Shown: positions 1 through 14,332, counted from the first letter of the stretch. The stretch is 64,000 nucleotides of DNA from Paraspadella gotoi (GCA_051294375.1 CM119266.1:26044851-26108850); one strand, 5' to 3'. The notes: generated from the sequence alone by a model not told the origin. Numbers and translations are program-made.

Positions 1-821
1 ATTTTTTTAGGTTATCATTAAACAAAGAAATTTTTTTTTTTTTTTTTTTTTTGGAACCCCCATTTTTTTGTTTTGGTTTTACGATGCGTATATAACAACC
101 TTCGAAAAAAATACACGAGGGAGCGTAATTGATGCACCGACTCACTCATATTTATAGAACCGATTAATTAAGTTTAACGATTTTTTTTTACAGTATAACT
201 TAAACCGTTATCTTCACTTTTTTCGTTTCTCATTGGACGAGCCAGAAAGCCGGAGGTGACCAATAGAATCCATGGAAGGCACTTGTGTGACCCCGACATC
301 ACGATACGAAACCGGCTCTCTCTCTCTCGGGAGTCGAACTGTCAGTCCACTCCTAATAAAACAAACGGGCTCTCGTCATTTTAGCGCCTCTTTGATCTCA
401 GGGACAACGGGATTGAGCTGGTCGGCCAGGGGTGACTAATAAACCAGGATAACAGGCGGGTTCGGACAGTTAAGATTCGCCGGATAATTTGTCACAGTAT
501 TATATTAAATACAACAAATCAAACGCACGTAAGATTAGGTATTCATAATTATTACTATCTTTAATCAGCAGAGATTTTTGTTTCTTTCTACTAAAAAAAA
601 AATTCAGGGAAAATTCCTTTCTTCCTCATCTGAACTTTGATCAAAAATGGATGATAAAATTCGGGCCGCGAAATTTTCTCTATTTTTTTTTTCTCTCTCT
701 TTTTTTTTTTCCTTTTTTGTTTAGTCGTGAGAAAAACGTTTCTATTTAAGTTTTCAATGGGAGGAGGAAAGTCGTGTCAAAAGTCCTGTGCTTTTTATTT
801 TGGGAACGGGTTGAGGGGGAT

Positions 822-940
<119 letters not shown>

Positions 941-1909
941 GGTTTATATTTATTTCTCTATCAGATATTAAAAACCAAATGACCCTAAAAGAGCAACAGG
1001 GGGAGGTTGAAGGAAAAACAAAATTTTTATCAGAAATTAAGAAAAAAAAGACTTTCGACGGAGAAACCGAAAGAACAAAAGGAATTTGCGTTTTCCCGTC
1101 TGGAACTTCGTCAGAAAGCTCCTCATTGGTTCGTCGATTTTTCGAACGCTCATTGGCCAAGAGAGTTGAGTCTCCTGTTGAGCGTCACGCGCGGAATCTT
1201 TGAATTCGATTCGTCGAATTTTTCCTAGCGACGATTCTCGTTGGATAAAAGGGTTTCGATCATGTTTAGTTTTTCATTTCAGGTGCAAACGTCACGGGGA
1301 AAAAAGAAAATCAAAGATTCAAAGCTCAGATGAAGAAAAAGACCGGAAACGAATCTTTATATCAATGAGATTGTTTTTAGTGTCAGAGTGCGTGAGACAG
1401 AGACAGCAGCCAGTTCGACGGAGAGAGAGCGAGTTTGAAACATTGGACCGTGAATGATTTCTGAGACGAAGATTTCGATTAACAGGGGCAAAGCAAGAAT
1501 TCGGCTTCCCCCCCCCACCCCCCCCAACCCTGTTTAAAAATAATTTCCCAGCTAATTTCTTTTTTTAAGATTGAACGTCTAACTCTAAGAATTATCTTAA
1601 ACCTGTCTTAATTTCACCAATTCTACTTAAGAAATCGGATCATTAACCCGAACTTTCAAGCGTTATTTTTTGTTTTTTGTACTTTTTTTCTTTTACCAGG
1701 AGAAAGTCTCCCACAATAATTCGATACTTGTTTCTCGGGTCACGTGAAGTAAGTAGTTCTACAATATCTCCAAATTCCAAACGATTGGTTTTACTTTTTA
1801 GATAGTTGGTCAATGGTCATAATACTGATGTCACCGACTTTTGCCCAAAAAGTATTATACTTTTTCAAGTAAAAAAAAAAAGCCGGAAATCCAAAGCGAA
1901 AATACTTAC

Positions 1910-2051
1910 CCTAACTCTCTCGGTTCCGAGACCCGGCGGCGGGCAGCGGCGGAGGTAAGCGTCGAGGTCTTGATCGACATGTTCGAAGACGAGGGTCAGG
2001 TTGATCGGATGCTCCACCGAAACGAAGTTTCCGTGACAAACGTCCAAGAGT
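1910..2051 (-). CDS. CDK4/6: CDK4/6-like kinase, coding exon 3 (hinge FEHVDQDL)
   Basis: CACAG acceptor, phase 2 (AA+A=K), AGG|GTAAGT donor. Encodes LLDVCHGNFVSVEHPINLTLVFEHVDQDLDAYLRRCPPPGLGTERVR. LTLVFEHVDQDL is diagnostic of CDK4/6. No further kinase exon recognised in 1-1909. Confidence 0.95.
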
Positions 2052-2622
2052 CTGTGAAGTCGGGGAGAAAGAAATGTGATTTTTTTGAGGAGAGAAAGAA
2101 TAAAGTTTTTTTTGTTTTTTTGTTTTTTTTGTTCTATTGCGTCAAAACTAAACATTACATAAAACATTATTGCTGCTATTTTCTCAATGTTAATACTACA
2201 AGGCCTGACATTACGTGATATTTCGTGAGGCTCTCGTTCAACTTTTTACTCTTCCTTTAAAGTTCCATGCGAACGCCTCCTCTGGCGATATTCAAAAACT
2301 ATTCAAAAAGTGACTACAACAAATTCTTCGCAAAAGCCTTAAACAAAAAACTCGACTCATCTTCTCATCCTCTTTTGAAGAAAATCCTCGAAACATCGGG
2401 GGGAAAACAAAGGCAATGAAAACAAAGCAAGGACGGGGAAACGATAGCCTCACCGCTGGGATACAATAACGATGAACGAGCCTCTGGCAACATCGCGAGA
2501 CTCCCGAGGGGCAAGGATAACAACGACGATGAAAAAAGACGACGACGACGAAATAGGCGATTCACTGTTCCCATCCCCTACGGTTCCTTGATTCTCTCTC
2601 TCTCTCTCTCTCTCTCTCCTCT

Positions 2623-2668
<46 letters not shown>

Positions 2669-2847
2669 GGAAGCCCATTTTTTCTTCAACTCATCCCATG
2701 GACCCTGTTGACGGCGTGGGAAGGGAAGTGATTCCATTTTCCATTGATTCTTTTTTTTTCTCTCTTTTTTTTTGTTTTGAATTTTGTCATGGGGAAAAAA
2801 ACTATTTTGGGGGCAAAGATTAAGAAATAAAGTAGGTTTCTTGGAGG

Positions 2848-2894
<47 letters not shown>

Positions 2895-3324
2895 AGGCAG
2901 AAGAGAGGAGAGAGAGAGAGAGAGAGAGAGAGCGAATGCAAGAAAGTGCATGCTATTTCTAGACCTGAGTTCCAGTCATTTTTTTCATTATTTAACTTAT
3001 TCTCTCCACTATTTCAAACTTTCCTTTATCTTCCTTTTTTTTATAGTTTTCTCTCTTCCCGAGTTCCTCCCTTCCTTTTCCTCTTTTCTCTTTCATCACA
3101 AACGTTCCTTCTTCTTTTCTCTCGCGAGATTCCCAATAAGATGTGAGCGCTTTACCATTTTCTTTCCGGTGAAATAATTTTTTTTATATTTTTGTTAAGA
3201 TATTTTTAAATCAAAATGGGATCCACGTTAAGAGGCCAAATCACGTCCGTTCGCCGACCGGGAAAGGCGGAGTCGGCCGATCGGGGAAAGAAGGAGTAAG
3301 TTATTCCTCTTAATTCGTTGTTGT

Positions 3325-3325
<1 letters not shown>

Positions 3326-3405
<80 letters not shown>
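3326..3405. repeat. (GAT)n microsatellite
   Basis: Seen directly. Confidence 0.97.
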
Positions 3406-4128
3406 GGTTATTTATGATCGTTATTATATGTATTTTTCCCTCTTGTGATTCGTTTTAACAATTTAACCGCATCATATTTTTATAACTATCAATTTTAATA
3501 TCCCATGAAAAAGGTTCTAAACGATTCCTCCTCTCACGGATTTGCACACAACCCGCAGGAAGGTGCCATCCCTTTTATTCTCTATTCACAAAAACCCGAA
3601 AAGGCTCGACCTCGAACCCGAGACCTCCAGGACCGACTGAACTCCGGAGGCGGCGATGGGGGGGGGGGAAGGGAATTATGCCAAAAGGGGAGGCGGTGTC
3701 GGCAAAAGGCGGCGAAGGCGGTGAGCCGACGAACCGACCTCATTTTTGGGCCTTTCATTGAACCCCACTCCTTATTTTTGCCGGAAGCCACACCGAGGAT
3801 GAGCATTTTAGAGAAAGAGGAACAAAAAAATGAAAAAAAAGACTAGAAAGAAAGAAAAAAAAGAAAAAGAAAAAGAAAGAAAAAAAGAAAAAAAAAGAAA
3901 AAAAGAAAAAAAGAAAAAAAAAGAAAAAAAGAAAAAAAGGGAAAAAAATAAAGAAATAAAGAAAAAAAGAAATAAAGAAAGAATGGAATATAATATTTTC
4001 ATCAACTTTGAAGACAAAGAGAAGCGGATTCGTCGGAGCGTTTCGATGAGATCGCGTGGCCAAAAAGATCGAAAACAATTCGGGACAAAATCGTTTCTCT
4101 TCGTCGGCGTCCAGAATCGTAGTAGTCG

Positions 4129-4163
<35 letters not shown>

Positions 4164-4506
4164 TGAAAAGGAATAAGACTTTCAAAGTTGTCGCTCTCTT
4201 TCTGTCTGTAGGATGATGATGATGATGATGATGATTGTTGCGGTTGATCGCCGAGTTCGAAATCGTTGCTCCTTCGTCCCCATTGCCCTTTCGCTCAATT
4301 CTCTAATATATTAATATATATCGTCTTTGTCGTCATCACTGTTTCAAACTTTCAATCTTTGTCATCTTGATTCTCTATTTTCGATCTAAGTTGTCTGTCG
4401 TTGTCATCGTCTCTTAATTTAATGCCTTTGCGTCATAGAGAGACATAAGCTTCGGGGTTAAGACGGAAAGATTGCTCCGCCTCGGGTGCTCGAAACTCGG
4501 GTTCCA

Positions 4507-4544
<38 letters not shown>

Positions 4545-6444
4545 AAAGGACATCGACTAATGAGATTGAGGAGCGCGTGCTTCGAAGTCGCCGCCTCCGG
4601 GTCAAAATGATCATTCCAGATTCTTGATTTCGGATCTTAATGCGCAAATGAAACAATAAAGCTGAATACATTCAGGGAAAACTTGAAAGATTAAAATGAC
4701 GTAGGTTATTCCGTCACTAAAGATTCTTTCGTCACTGTATTTATTAGTTTTTTTTTTTGTTGTTTTTTTTTGGATGAATGTGGTTTTCTTATTGTTTAGA
4801 AATTTGCGGTTTTGCGGTTTGGTGCTTTTCTCCTGTTTTTTTTTTCCTTGTCAGCTGATTTAATTTCAATTCGTGGTGTTCGCCTCACAACAATAGTTTA
4901 CTATTAAATTCGTGAAAATATGAAAGCAATTTAAAATGAGGATTTAGTATTTTTATCTTTAGCTCGACTTTAAAGCCCTACTGCTAGCTGAGACCCTTTC
5001 AAATACCTCGCGTTCAAATTGAACATATATAACATATACAATATAGGTTAATTCATACAGCATCTTAACTCAATTAAACAAACTTTACAAAACTATTTAA
5101 CCTTGACGAGCGCCTTTAAGATTAACCCGACCGAAGGGATTAATTCCTTTTTTTTTTCTTATCAAAACCAAAGAGTGAACAAATCTCTCATTTTCGAGAG
5201 CCCATCGAGGCAGCCGCTGTCTTCGGGACCCACGCGGGTTTCGACTAAAAACGTCGAATCGATCCATTTATTTTTTTCGATCGAGAAACTTCGCAAGAAT
5301 AAAACTTCCTTTTACGGATGTCGGATCGAAAATAAAAAGAGGAAAGTCGCGCGACGGATCAAAAACAACAACGACGACAACGATTACAACAACAACTAAT
5401 ACAAAAACTCGGTCCATTTTGATTCGCATGGAAGGTGAGACTCGAATTTTGGTTAATCCTTTTGACTCTCAGCGGAGTTACAAACGATTGCTATTTGCAC
5501 ATTAGACATTTGCACATATGCACAAGGTGACGATTTTTCTCCCCATCAATATCATTATAATCGATATGATTACCATTATAATCATAATCACAAATTCGTC
5601 TCCCTCTTCAGTTTTGCAGTCTTTCAGCGTGAAACGTTCACACGAAATAATTCTGTCAGTGAACCGTCGTCCGCAAAAAATCCTGTCGCCCGGCAACGTT
5701 GCGCCGGGAACTTCGGAAACTTCTCGACGGCGTCTCTCGATTTGCCTGGCGCCGCCAGCACCAATACCGGACTCATGAGTGGCACCGACCTTCGAGGCGC
5801 CGCCTTCCTACTCTCAAGCGACGCCGAGTGAGCGGCGATGTCGTCGCTGCAGGCAAAGGGCGAATTCGGCGTCGGAATATTGGCGCTCGTCATCGTGATT
5901 TTGGTCACGTCGCTCGTCATCATCGCCCTGCTCTCCTGGCTACTATTTTCCCGGTGAATGGGGAAAATGTTTTTGGACGCCTCGATTTCTCCTATTGTCT
6001 CTCTATCTCTCTCTTTCTATCTCTATCTCGCTATCTCTTTCTCTCTCTCTTTTTACATTCTCCTCCACTCTTCTCATTACTTGACAATTCTTCTCTTTAA
6101 TTTTCTTCTTCTCTTTTTCGTTTCCCTCCTCTTCTCTTCTCTTCTCTTCTCTTCTCTTCCTACCTCAACCCCCTCGCAGCAAAAAACCCGAAGAGAACGT
6201 CAACCAACGAAGCATCGGCGTCGGTGGCGCGGCTCAACGCCGCGGCACCAACGCCAACCGACGGCGACGCGAACAGGAGAAAGGAAGTTTTACGGAGCGC
6301 GACGCTTTCATAAATATTTATCAATATACTCGTATTTATTTGAAACTATTTAACGAATAATTCAAGTCCCTTTGTCAAGGGGAATTAATAATTTTCATCA
6401 TCCAAAAAAAAAAGACAANNNNNNNNNNNNNNNNNNNNNNNNNG

Positions 6445-8071
6445 GAGAGAGAGAGAGAGAGAGAGACGGAAAAAAGAAATATGTTTCGCTTGAGTGAAAA
6501 ATTTCAAAAATTCCTTGGGTCCGTTCCACCGCGGTTTCTTTGCTCAGAATCATTTCTGCTTCATATTCGTCACCCCGCACGTGTCATGATTAACGTCGAA
6601 TACCTCTTGTGATATCTTTCTGTGAGGGGAAATTTGATGTTTGTGAATTTTCGAAGTCGATTCATTGCAAAATACGATATGGGAGATCAAATGAACCTCG
6701 ACCTTTTCCTTGTTGCTTTGGAGAAAGATCACATCAATGAAGAGTGCTCCAGTGCAATCGTCCGCTTAAGATAATCGCCGTGAAATAGACTTTCTTTTCC
6801 AACACTTCATCTTCCAGTGACCCGCCTTCACGAAGCAGCGTTTGAGAATGTTCTTGTGAAATCTTTTTGGTGAAACCGCGGTGAGACTTCCGCGTCGCTC
6901 ACTCGATCCGGCATTGGTCACGTAATCTTCGCTCAAATCCGAAATAATGATGACGTGTCAAATATGAGAGGAAAAAAGAACTAGGAAAATGGAAACCAAA
7001 GTAAAAACGGAAAGATGGAAATTGCCATCTCGTTTTTAGTTTTGAGATTGGTCTTGGTGTTTTATAATTGGTTCTTTGATAACCGATTGAATTATTTTTT
7101 CGTAATTTAGAACTTCAATCTATATTTATTATTTCATCATCTTATCTCAGACCACTCCTACCACGCGTCGCGCTTCTCTTATTGGAATTGAAACTTTTCC
7201 ATTTATACAAATTGTTCTCCGTCTTAGGTTTTGTTAAGTCGTATTTCCCCCCCCCAGTCGTCAACTCTTGCTCTCCTTGTTCCTCACTTGTTCTCTTTGT
7301 TTCCTTCTTCTCTCCTTCTACTTCTTTTTTTCTTCTCCTTATCCTCTGTTGGAGCGTAATTCTCGTCACGACAATCTAATGACTTATGCCATTTATAATC
7401 ATTATTTTGTGATACCTTGATTATATTTGATTTCATTTGGCATTGTTTTCAGTCTATGTATCGGGCCATTATTAATATATGGGCAAGTGTATGATACCAC
7501 CCCAACATGTCTTCTGATCGTGGCTGCTTTTTATTGATTAATGATAATTCGTCAGTCCTGTCTGTGCCTGTCTTTTCTTTCTTTCTTTCTTCTTTATTTC
7601 TTTCTTTTTCTTTCTTTCCTTTTTTCTTGTTCTTCTCTTTCTTTCTTTCTTTTTTTCTTTCCTTTCTTTCTTTCTATTTTATCCAGTCAACGTATGTCTT
7701 GTTCCAATCGTCATTATTCCACCGAAATCCTCAAAAAGAAAAAGAACCCCCCCAAAAAAAAAAGCAGGTGCGCGGCGAATCGATCTCGAGTCTCTCGTTT
7801 CCAAATGGAGGGGATCGATCGCGCGTCTTGTATGCCGTGACCCACGAACCTATTCGGGGCCGTAAAATCTGGGCGGGACGTCACCTGGACGCAACTAACC
7901 ATTCGCGGCGTAAATTTGATCAGCGTCGACTCTTGAAATCTTGCGGACTGTCACGTGACCGAGAAATGAGCCGCCACTTTGGCAAGCCTCGACGGCCGAA
8001 CGCACTGCGCGCGCGAGCCACGGAGAGAGAGGAGAGAAGAGAGAGCACGACGAGAGAGAGAGAAGAGAGAG

Positions 8072-8105
<34 letters not shown>

Positions 8106-9515
8106 CAGACCGGAAGAGAGAGAGAGGAGGAGAGAGGAGCGTTATAAATAACAAGCGACGAAAGAACCCGAGCAACCATCCATCCAAGAGAGAGAATAAA
8201 GGGAATGAAATAAAAAAATCTACCTTTTCTCCCCACGTAATTTCCTCTCCGCACCTAGTTCTACCTTTTCGACATTCCGAACAACACAATAAAAGCCAAC
8301 TCAATTGACGCTTTATTCTCAGCACAATAGGGGATGGCGGCCAGAGTCGGTACAAAGGCGGCGAAAGGCGGGCGAAAGTTTCGCGTTTTGATTTTCATTT
8401 CCGCGATCGTAAAGATAATAAAAATCGGTGGCAAAAGTTTTTTTTCTCTTTCTTTCAATTTTAGGGGAAGAACAAAAAAATGAGGCCGCATTAAAATTTG
8501 TTTTTCCCTTACTTGGAAAAGAGTCCGAACCATTCTGTTGGCGGCAGTCCGGTTCTTCCTTTTTCCCCTGATGTTGTCATCGTTGTTATCGTCTGCGTTG
8601 CTGTGTTCGAACCCCTTTCAAACTGAAAAAGTCGATGCCCTCATGTCTCAGTAGTAATTCCAACGAATTGCTCCCGCTTCGGAACTTTCCAGATTTGTCC
8701 GGACGATACTTTCAACAATTTTGTAATCTTTTGATTGGCCGTTAATCGATTTGTGATCTTTAACAAGAGCCTCATATCTATGTCACCGTGTTTACGCTCG
8801 TGCCGGGGCCTGCTTAGCAAAGTCAGCATATTTCTAGCGTGGACCCGGTTCGCCTATATTTTCTAAAATTTTTGCCCTATGATTATCCTCTCTCTCTCTT
8901 CTCTCGTCTCTCTCTGCTTCTCTCTCTCCTCTGCTCTCTCGTCTCTCTCTCTTTCCTGCTCTCTCTTCTCTCTCGTCTCCTCTCTCTTTTCCTCTTCTCT
9001 TTTTCCTAAGCTCTCTCCATCTAATTCGCACCGGAATTGAAGGGACAGATGTTCTCGAATTCATTCAAAGTTTTCCTCGTATAAATTGTTCGTCGCACGA
9101 ACGCGAAAAGATGACAACGAACGAAAGCAAAACAGAATATAAATTGGAGAAACGAAACAAAGACCAGAGAAATTCTTTTTCGAAAAAAATTATGGCGATT
9201 CGCTGTAACAGGAGGTGGGGGTCAATTCGCCCTCCGTTTAAAAGGCATTTCAGCTCTTTACGGGACTTTCCTTCAGTAGAAACAAGGATTCCCTGTGAGA
9301 CGCGTGGCAGAGAAACATTCGGCCCGTTCTCGATGTCGGAATCGTCCTAAAGAGACAGGGTAGAGGGGAGAGGAAGAGAGAGATGAGAGCAGAGAGAGAG
9401 AAGAGAGATCATATATATAGAAGGAATGTTTAGCTATACAAGATACATACATAGCTATGAAATTTCGAACTTCTCGTCCTCTGTGATAGGGAAATAAATA
9501 TAAAACGCTATCCCT

Positions 9516-9570
<55 letters not shown>

Positions 9571-10017
9571 CTCTCTTCTCGCTCTCTCTCTCTCTCTCTT
9601 CTCTTCACCGACTTCGCTTTCAACCTCGCTGTATTCCCATGCGGTGGCTCGTAGCTCGGCAATTTTCAGCCGGCATGCCCTCGTCCAGCATCCCGGGGGG
9701 CCGAGTGTGGAGAGCGACATGTTGTACACGGTAGCGGTTGGAGCTGGTAGCGGTGCGGGGGGCGCTGGAACGTCGGAGGGCAGTAGCGATCACATGCGGC
9801 TGGCGGAGAGAACGATGGACAAAGGGAGAGAGAGAGAGAGAGAGATCGGGGGTCGGGGGTGATGGGTTTGGGGATGATAGAGAAGAATTTGTGGAAAATT
9901 GGAAGTTCCTATTTAGGTTTATATTTATTTCCCTATCACAGAGGGAGAGAGAGTTCAATTTCATAGCTATGTATGTATACTTGTATAGCTAAACATTTCC
10001 TTCTATATATATATATA

Positions 10018-10051
<34 letters not shown>

Positions 10052-12964
10052 TCTCCCTCTCTCCCTGTCTCTTTAGGACGATTCCGACATCGAGAACGGG
10101 CCGAAGTTTCTCTGCCACGGTCTCTACAGGGAATCCTTGTTCTACTGAAGAAAGTCCGTAGAGCGAATGCCTTTTTAAACGGAGGCGAATTGACCCCCAC
10201 CCTCGCTGTTACAGCGAATTCCCATAATTTTTTTCGAAAAGAGAATTTCTCTGGTCTTTGTTTCGTTTCTCAATTTATATTCTTTTTCTTTCGTTCGTTG
10301 TTCATCTGTTTCGTTCGTGCGACGAAAATTATTACGAGGAAAACTTGAATGAATTCGAGAACATCTGTCCCTTCAATTCCTGGAATAGAGAGAGAGTTAG
10401 AAAAAGAGAAAGAAANNNNNNNNNNNNNNNNNNNNNNNNNNNNNNNNNNNNNNNNNNNNNNNNNNNNNNNNNNNNNNNNNNNNNNNNNNNNNNNNNNNNN
10501 NNNNNNNNNNNNNNNNNNNNNNNNNNNNNNNNNNNNNNNNAGAGAGAGGATATCTAGGGCAAAAATTTAGAAAATATAGGCGAACCGGTCCACGCTAGAA
10601 ATATGGTGACTTTGCTAAAGCAGGCCCGGCACGAGCGTAAACACGGCATAGATATGAGGCTCTTTTAAAGATCACAAATCATACGCCAATCAAATTACAA
10701 AATTTGTTGGAATATCTCGGACGGAAATCTGGAAGTTCGAAGAGAATTCGTTGGAATTACTACTGAGACATGAGGGCATCGACTTTTTCAGTTGAAAGGG
10801 TCGAAACACAGCAACGCAGACGATAACAACGATGACAACATCAGGGGAAAAAGGAAGAACCGACTCCGCAACAGATGGTCGACTCTTTCCAAGAAGAAAA
10901 ACAATTTTAATGCGGCCTCATTTTTTTTTGTTCTTCCCCTAAAATTGAAAGAAAGAGAAAAAAAACTTTTGCCACCGATTTTTATTTATCTTTACGATCG
11001 CGGAAATGAAAATCTAAACGCCGACTTTCGCCGCCTTTCGCCGCCTTTGTACCGACTCTGGCCGCCATCCCCCTATTGTCTGAGGGAATAAAAGGTTGCG
11101 AATTAGTTGGGGCTTTTATTTTTTTGTTCAATTCGAAAAGTAGAACTGAGCGGGAGAGGAAATTACGTGGAAAAAGGTAGATTTTTTATTTCATTCCCTT
11201 TTTCTCTCTCTTGATGATTGTTGCTCGGTGTTCTTGTCTCGGCTTTTGATTTTTATAAGCTCTCTCTCTCTNNNNNNNNNNNNNNNNNNNNNNNNNNNNN
11301 NNNNNNNNNNNNNNNNNNNNNNNNNNNNNNNNNNNNNNNNNNNNNNNNNNNNNNNNNNNNNNNNNNNNNNNNNNNNNNNNNNNNNNNNGCGCGCAGGTGC
11401 GTTCGGCGTCGAGGCTGCCCAAGTGGGCGGCGTCGATTTCTCGGGTCACGTGACATCCCGCAAGATTTCAAGAGTCACGTGATCAAATTTACCGCGAATG
11501 GTTAGTGGGTCAGGTGACGTCCCGCCAGATTTTCGCCCCGAATAGGTTCGTGGGTCACGTGATACAAGACGCGCGATGCGATCGGGGCGTTGCGCGCTCT
11601 CGCATTTTAGGAAACGCAGCAGTAACTCTCGAGATCTGATTTCCGCGACACACTGCTTGTTTTTTTTTTGCAGGGTGACCGAGGGGGGGACGCGGTTTTC
11701 CTCTTTTTCTTTTTGAGGATTTCGTGGTTGGAATAATGACGATTGCGAGACAACATTACGTTGGACTGGATAAATAGAAAGAAAGAAGGAAGAAAAAGAA
11801 AGAAAGAAGAGAGAACAAGAAAAGAAGGAAAAGAAAGAAAGATAAGAAGAAAGAAAGATTCAAAGATTGAAGACAAACGAAAGAAAGAAGAAGAAGAGAA
11901 GAAAGAAAGACAGACAGACAGACTACGAATTATCAATAATCAATAAAAAGCAGCACGATCAGAAGAAGTGTTGGGGGTGGTATTCATACACTTGCCCATA
12001 TATTAATAATGGCACGATACATAGACTGGAAAACAATGCAAATGAAATCAAATGATAATCAAAGGTATCACAAAATAATGATTATAAATCATAAGTCTTT
12101 TAATGTCCGTTGACGAGAATTACGCTCCAACAGAAGGATAAGGAGAAGAAAAAGAAGTAGAAGGAGAGGAAGAAGGAGAACAAAGAGAACAAGGAGAACA
12201 AGGAGAGGAAGAGGTTGACGACTGGGGGGGGGGGAAATATCGACTAACAAAACCTAAGAGGAAGAACAATTTGTATAAATGGAAAAGTGTCAATTCCAAT
12301 AAGAGAAAGCGCGCGGTAGGAGTGTCTGAGTAAGATGATGAAATAATAAATATAGATTGAAGTAAATTAGAAAAAATAATTCAATCGGTTATCAAAGAAC
12401 CAATTATAAAACACCAAGACAATCTTTCAAAACTAAAAACGGTGGAATTTCCATCTTTCCTTTTTACCTTTTTTTCCATTTTCCTTAGTTCTTTTTTTCC
12501 CCTCAATTTGACACGTTCATCATATTTCGGATCTGAGCGAAGATTCGTGACCAAATGGGATCGAGTGAGCGACGGCGGGAGTCTCACCGCGGTTTCACAA
12601 AAGGATTCACAAGAACATTCGCAAACGTGTTCGTGAAGGGGGTCACTGGGGAGATGAAGTTTGGAAGAAAGTCTTTCACCGCGATTATCTTAAGGGCGGA
12701 GCGATTCACTGGACACTCTTCATTGATGTGATCTTTCTCAAAGAACAAGAAAAGGTCGAGGTCATTGATCCATATCGTATTTTGCAATGAATCGATCGAA
12801 AATTCACAAAGATCAAATTTCACAGAAGATATCCAAGAGGTATTCGACGTTAATCATGACGACGTGGTGACGAATATGAACAAAATGATTCTACAAAGAA
12901 ACCGCGGTGAACGGACCCAAGGAATTTTGAATTTTCACTCAAGCGAAACATATTTCTTTTTTCC

Positions 12965-13020
<56 letters not shown>
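6445..13020. repeat. Giant imperfect inverted repeat (arms ~6445-9505 and ~9915-13020, ~400-bp spacer)
   Basis: Reverse-complement match along the arms, e.g. 6465 GACGGAAAAAAGAAATATGTTTCGCTTGAGTG vs 12933-12967, and 9481 CTGTGATAGGGAAATAAATATAAA vs 9918-9941. Differences are mostly 1-3 nt indels. Confidence 0.92.
8513..9799 (-). other. Exon-like segments of an unidentified gene inside the fold-back (error-laden)
   Basis: Pyrimidine tract + AG acceptors and GT donors delimit GC-richer segments 9799-9609, 9346-9165 and 8833-8513. Peptide fragments look protein-like, but frames break at different places in the two arms. Confidence 0.4.
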
Positions 13021-13022
<2 letters not shown>

Positions 13023-13689
13023 CTTGAATGGAATGAATCCGATTTCTCATTGTTTTGACTATTTCTTTTCCTTCCTGTCTATAGCTCCGGTACACACGAA
13101 TGCCGTTCAACAACTTCTTTCGACTAATATATTTTTTCAAGTAAAAAGAAAAAAAAGAGAGAATTGGAATTTGAGCAGAAAAAAATAGTTTTCTTTTTAA
13201 ATCAATCTGATTTTGACGATTGTTCATCGCAATGTAAAAAGTGCAGTGAACCCGGTGCAGAATTAGTTCTGCCCGATATGACCAGCGCAGATTTTTTAGC
13301 AATTACTTTTTTTTCCATAACAACAGTTCAGGTAGGGCTTAGCCGAAGGTAGGGCAAGAAATGAAGGAAGTAANNNNNNNNNNNNNNNNNNNNNNNNNNN
13401 NNNNNNNNNNNNNNNNNNNNNNNNNNNNNNNNNNNNNNNNNNNNNNNNNNNNNNNNNNNNNNNNNNNNNNNNNNNNNNNNNNNNNNNNNNNNNNNNNNNN
13501 NNNNNNNNNNNNNNNNNNNNNNNNNNNNNNNNNNNNNCGCATTCCAACGAAACCTTGGGAAAATCCGAGCCAGGCCCTGGAACAAGCAACAAAGGAATGA
13601 GCGGGAACAAAGACACAAAACCCGGGGATTAAACAAGGAAACAAAAAATTAACAACGCAAAAAAAAAAGAAAAGAGAGAGAATCCTTCT

Positions 13690-14275
13690 TAGCTGGCACA
13701 GAAAAACGAGCAGCTGCCCACAGAATACCATTCCAGCAGCAGAGGAGCAAAGTTTCTTGGTCGACGCGGCAGCTGAGAGGTAAATGTGCTGCGGGGGAGG
13801 ATGAGGGAAATCAAGAGGAAGAAGATCACAAAGTATAAGTCCTCCGACAGTGGGAAGAGAAAGATTTTTCTCTCAATTGTCACGTAGTAAAAAGATTTAA
13901 TTGTGAAATGATCTTTTGGTTTCTTCCGCTCGGTCAAATTTCCTTTTTTTTTAATACCGCGAAGACCGCCGTCATTTTCATTGTTTAAACGATAGATTAT
14001 CCTCCCCCCCCCTGGCGACTGTGACGCGCTCCCAGCGAGCACTCGCGCGTGACGTAGTTTTAATTACTATTTTTATAAGTGGTTATGAGGAATTCGCCGT
14101 CCTGGTTGGAGGTGAAACAAGTTGACAACCGGATCGTCCGTAGGGGCGGTGCGCGAACTGGCTTTATTATTAATGACCCATGTTAGTCGCCAATAGGCTT
14201 TTTTTAACATCTCTCTCTGTCCCGTGTCCCTCCCCCTTTTCAACCAGAGAGAGAGAGAGAAAAGAGAGGAGAGAG
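13690..14275. repeat. Inverted near-identical duplicate of ~21590-22166
   Basis: Reverse complement of 13690-14275 matches 21590-22166. Both ORF-track translations share TIERKIFLFPLSEDLYFVIFFLLISLILPRSTF… This copy sits between N-gaps 13374-13537 and 14276-14300. Confidence 0.9.
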
Positions 14276-14300
14276 NNNNNNNNNNNNNNNNNNNNNNNNN

Positions 14301-14332
<32 letters not shown>

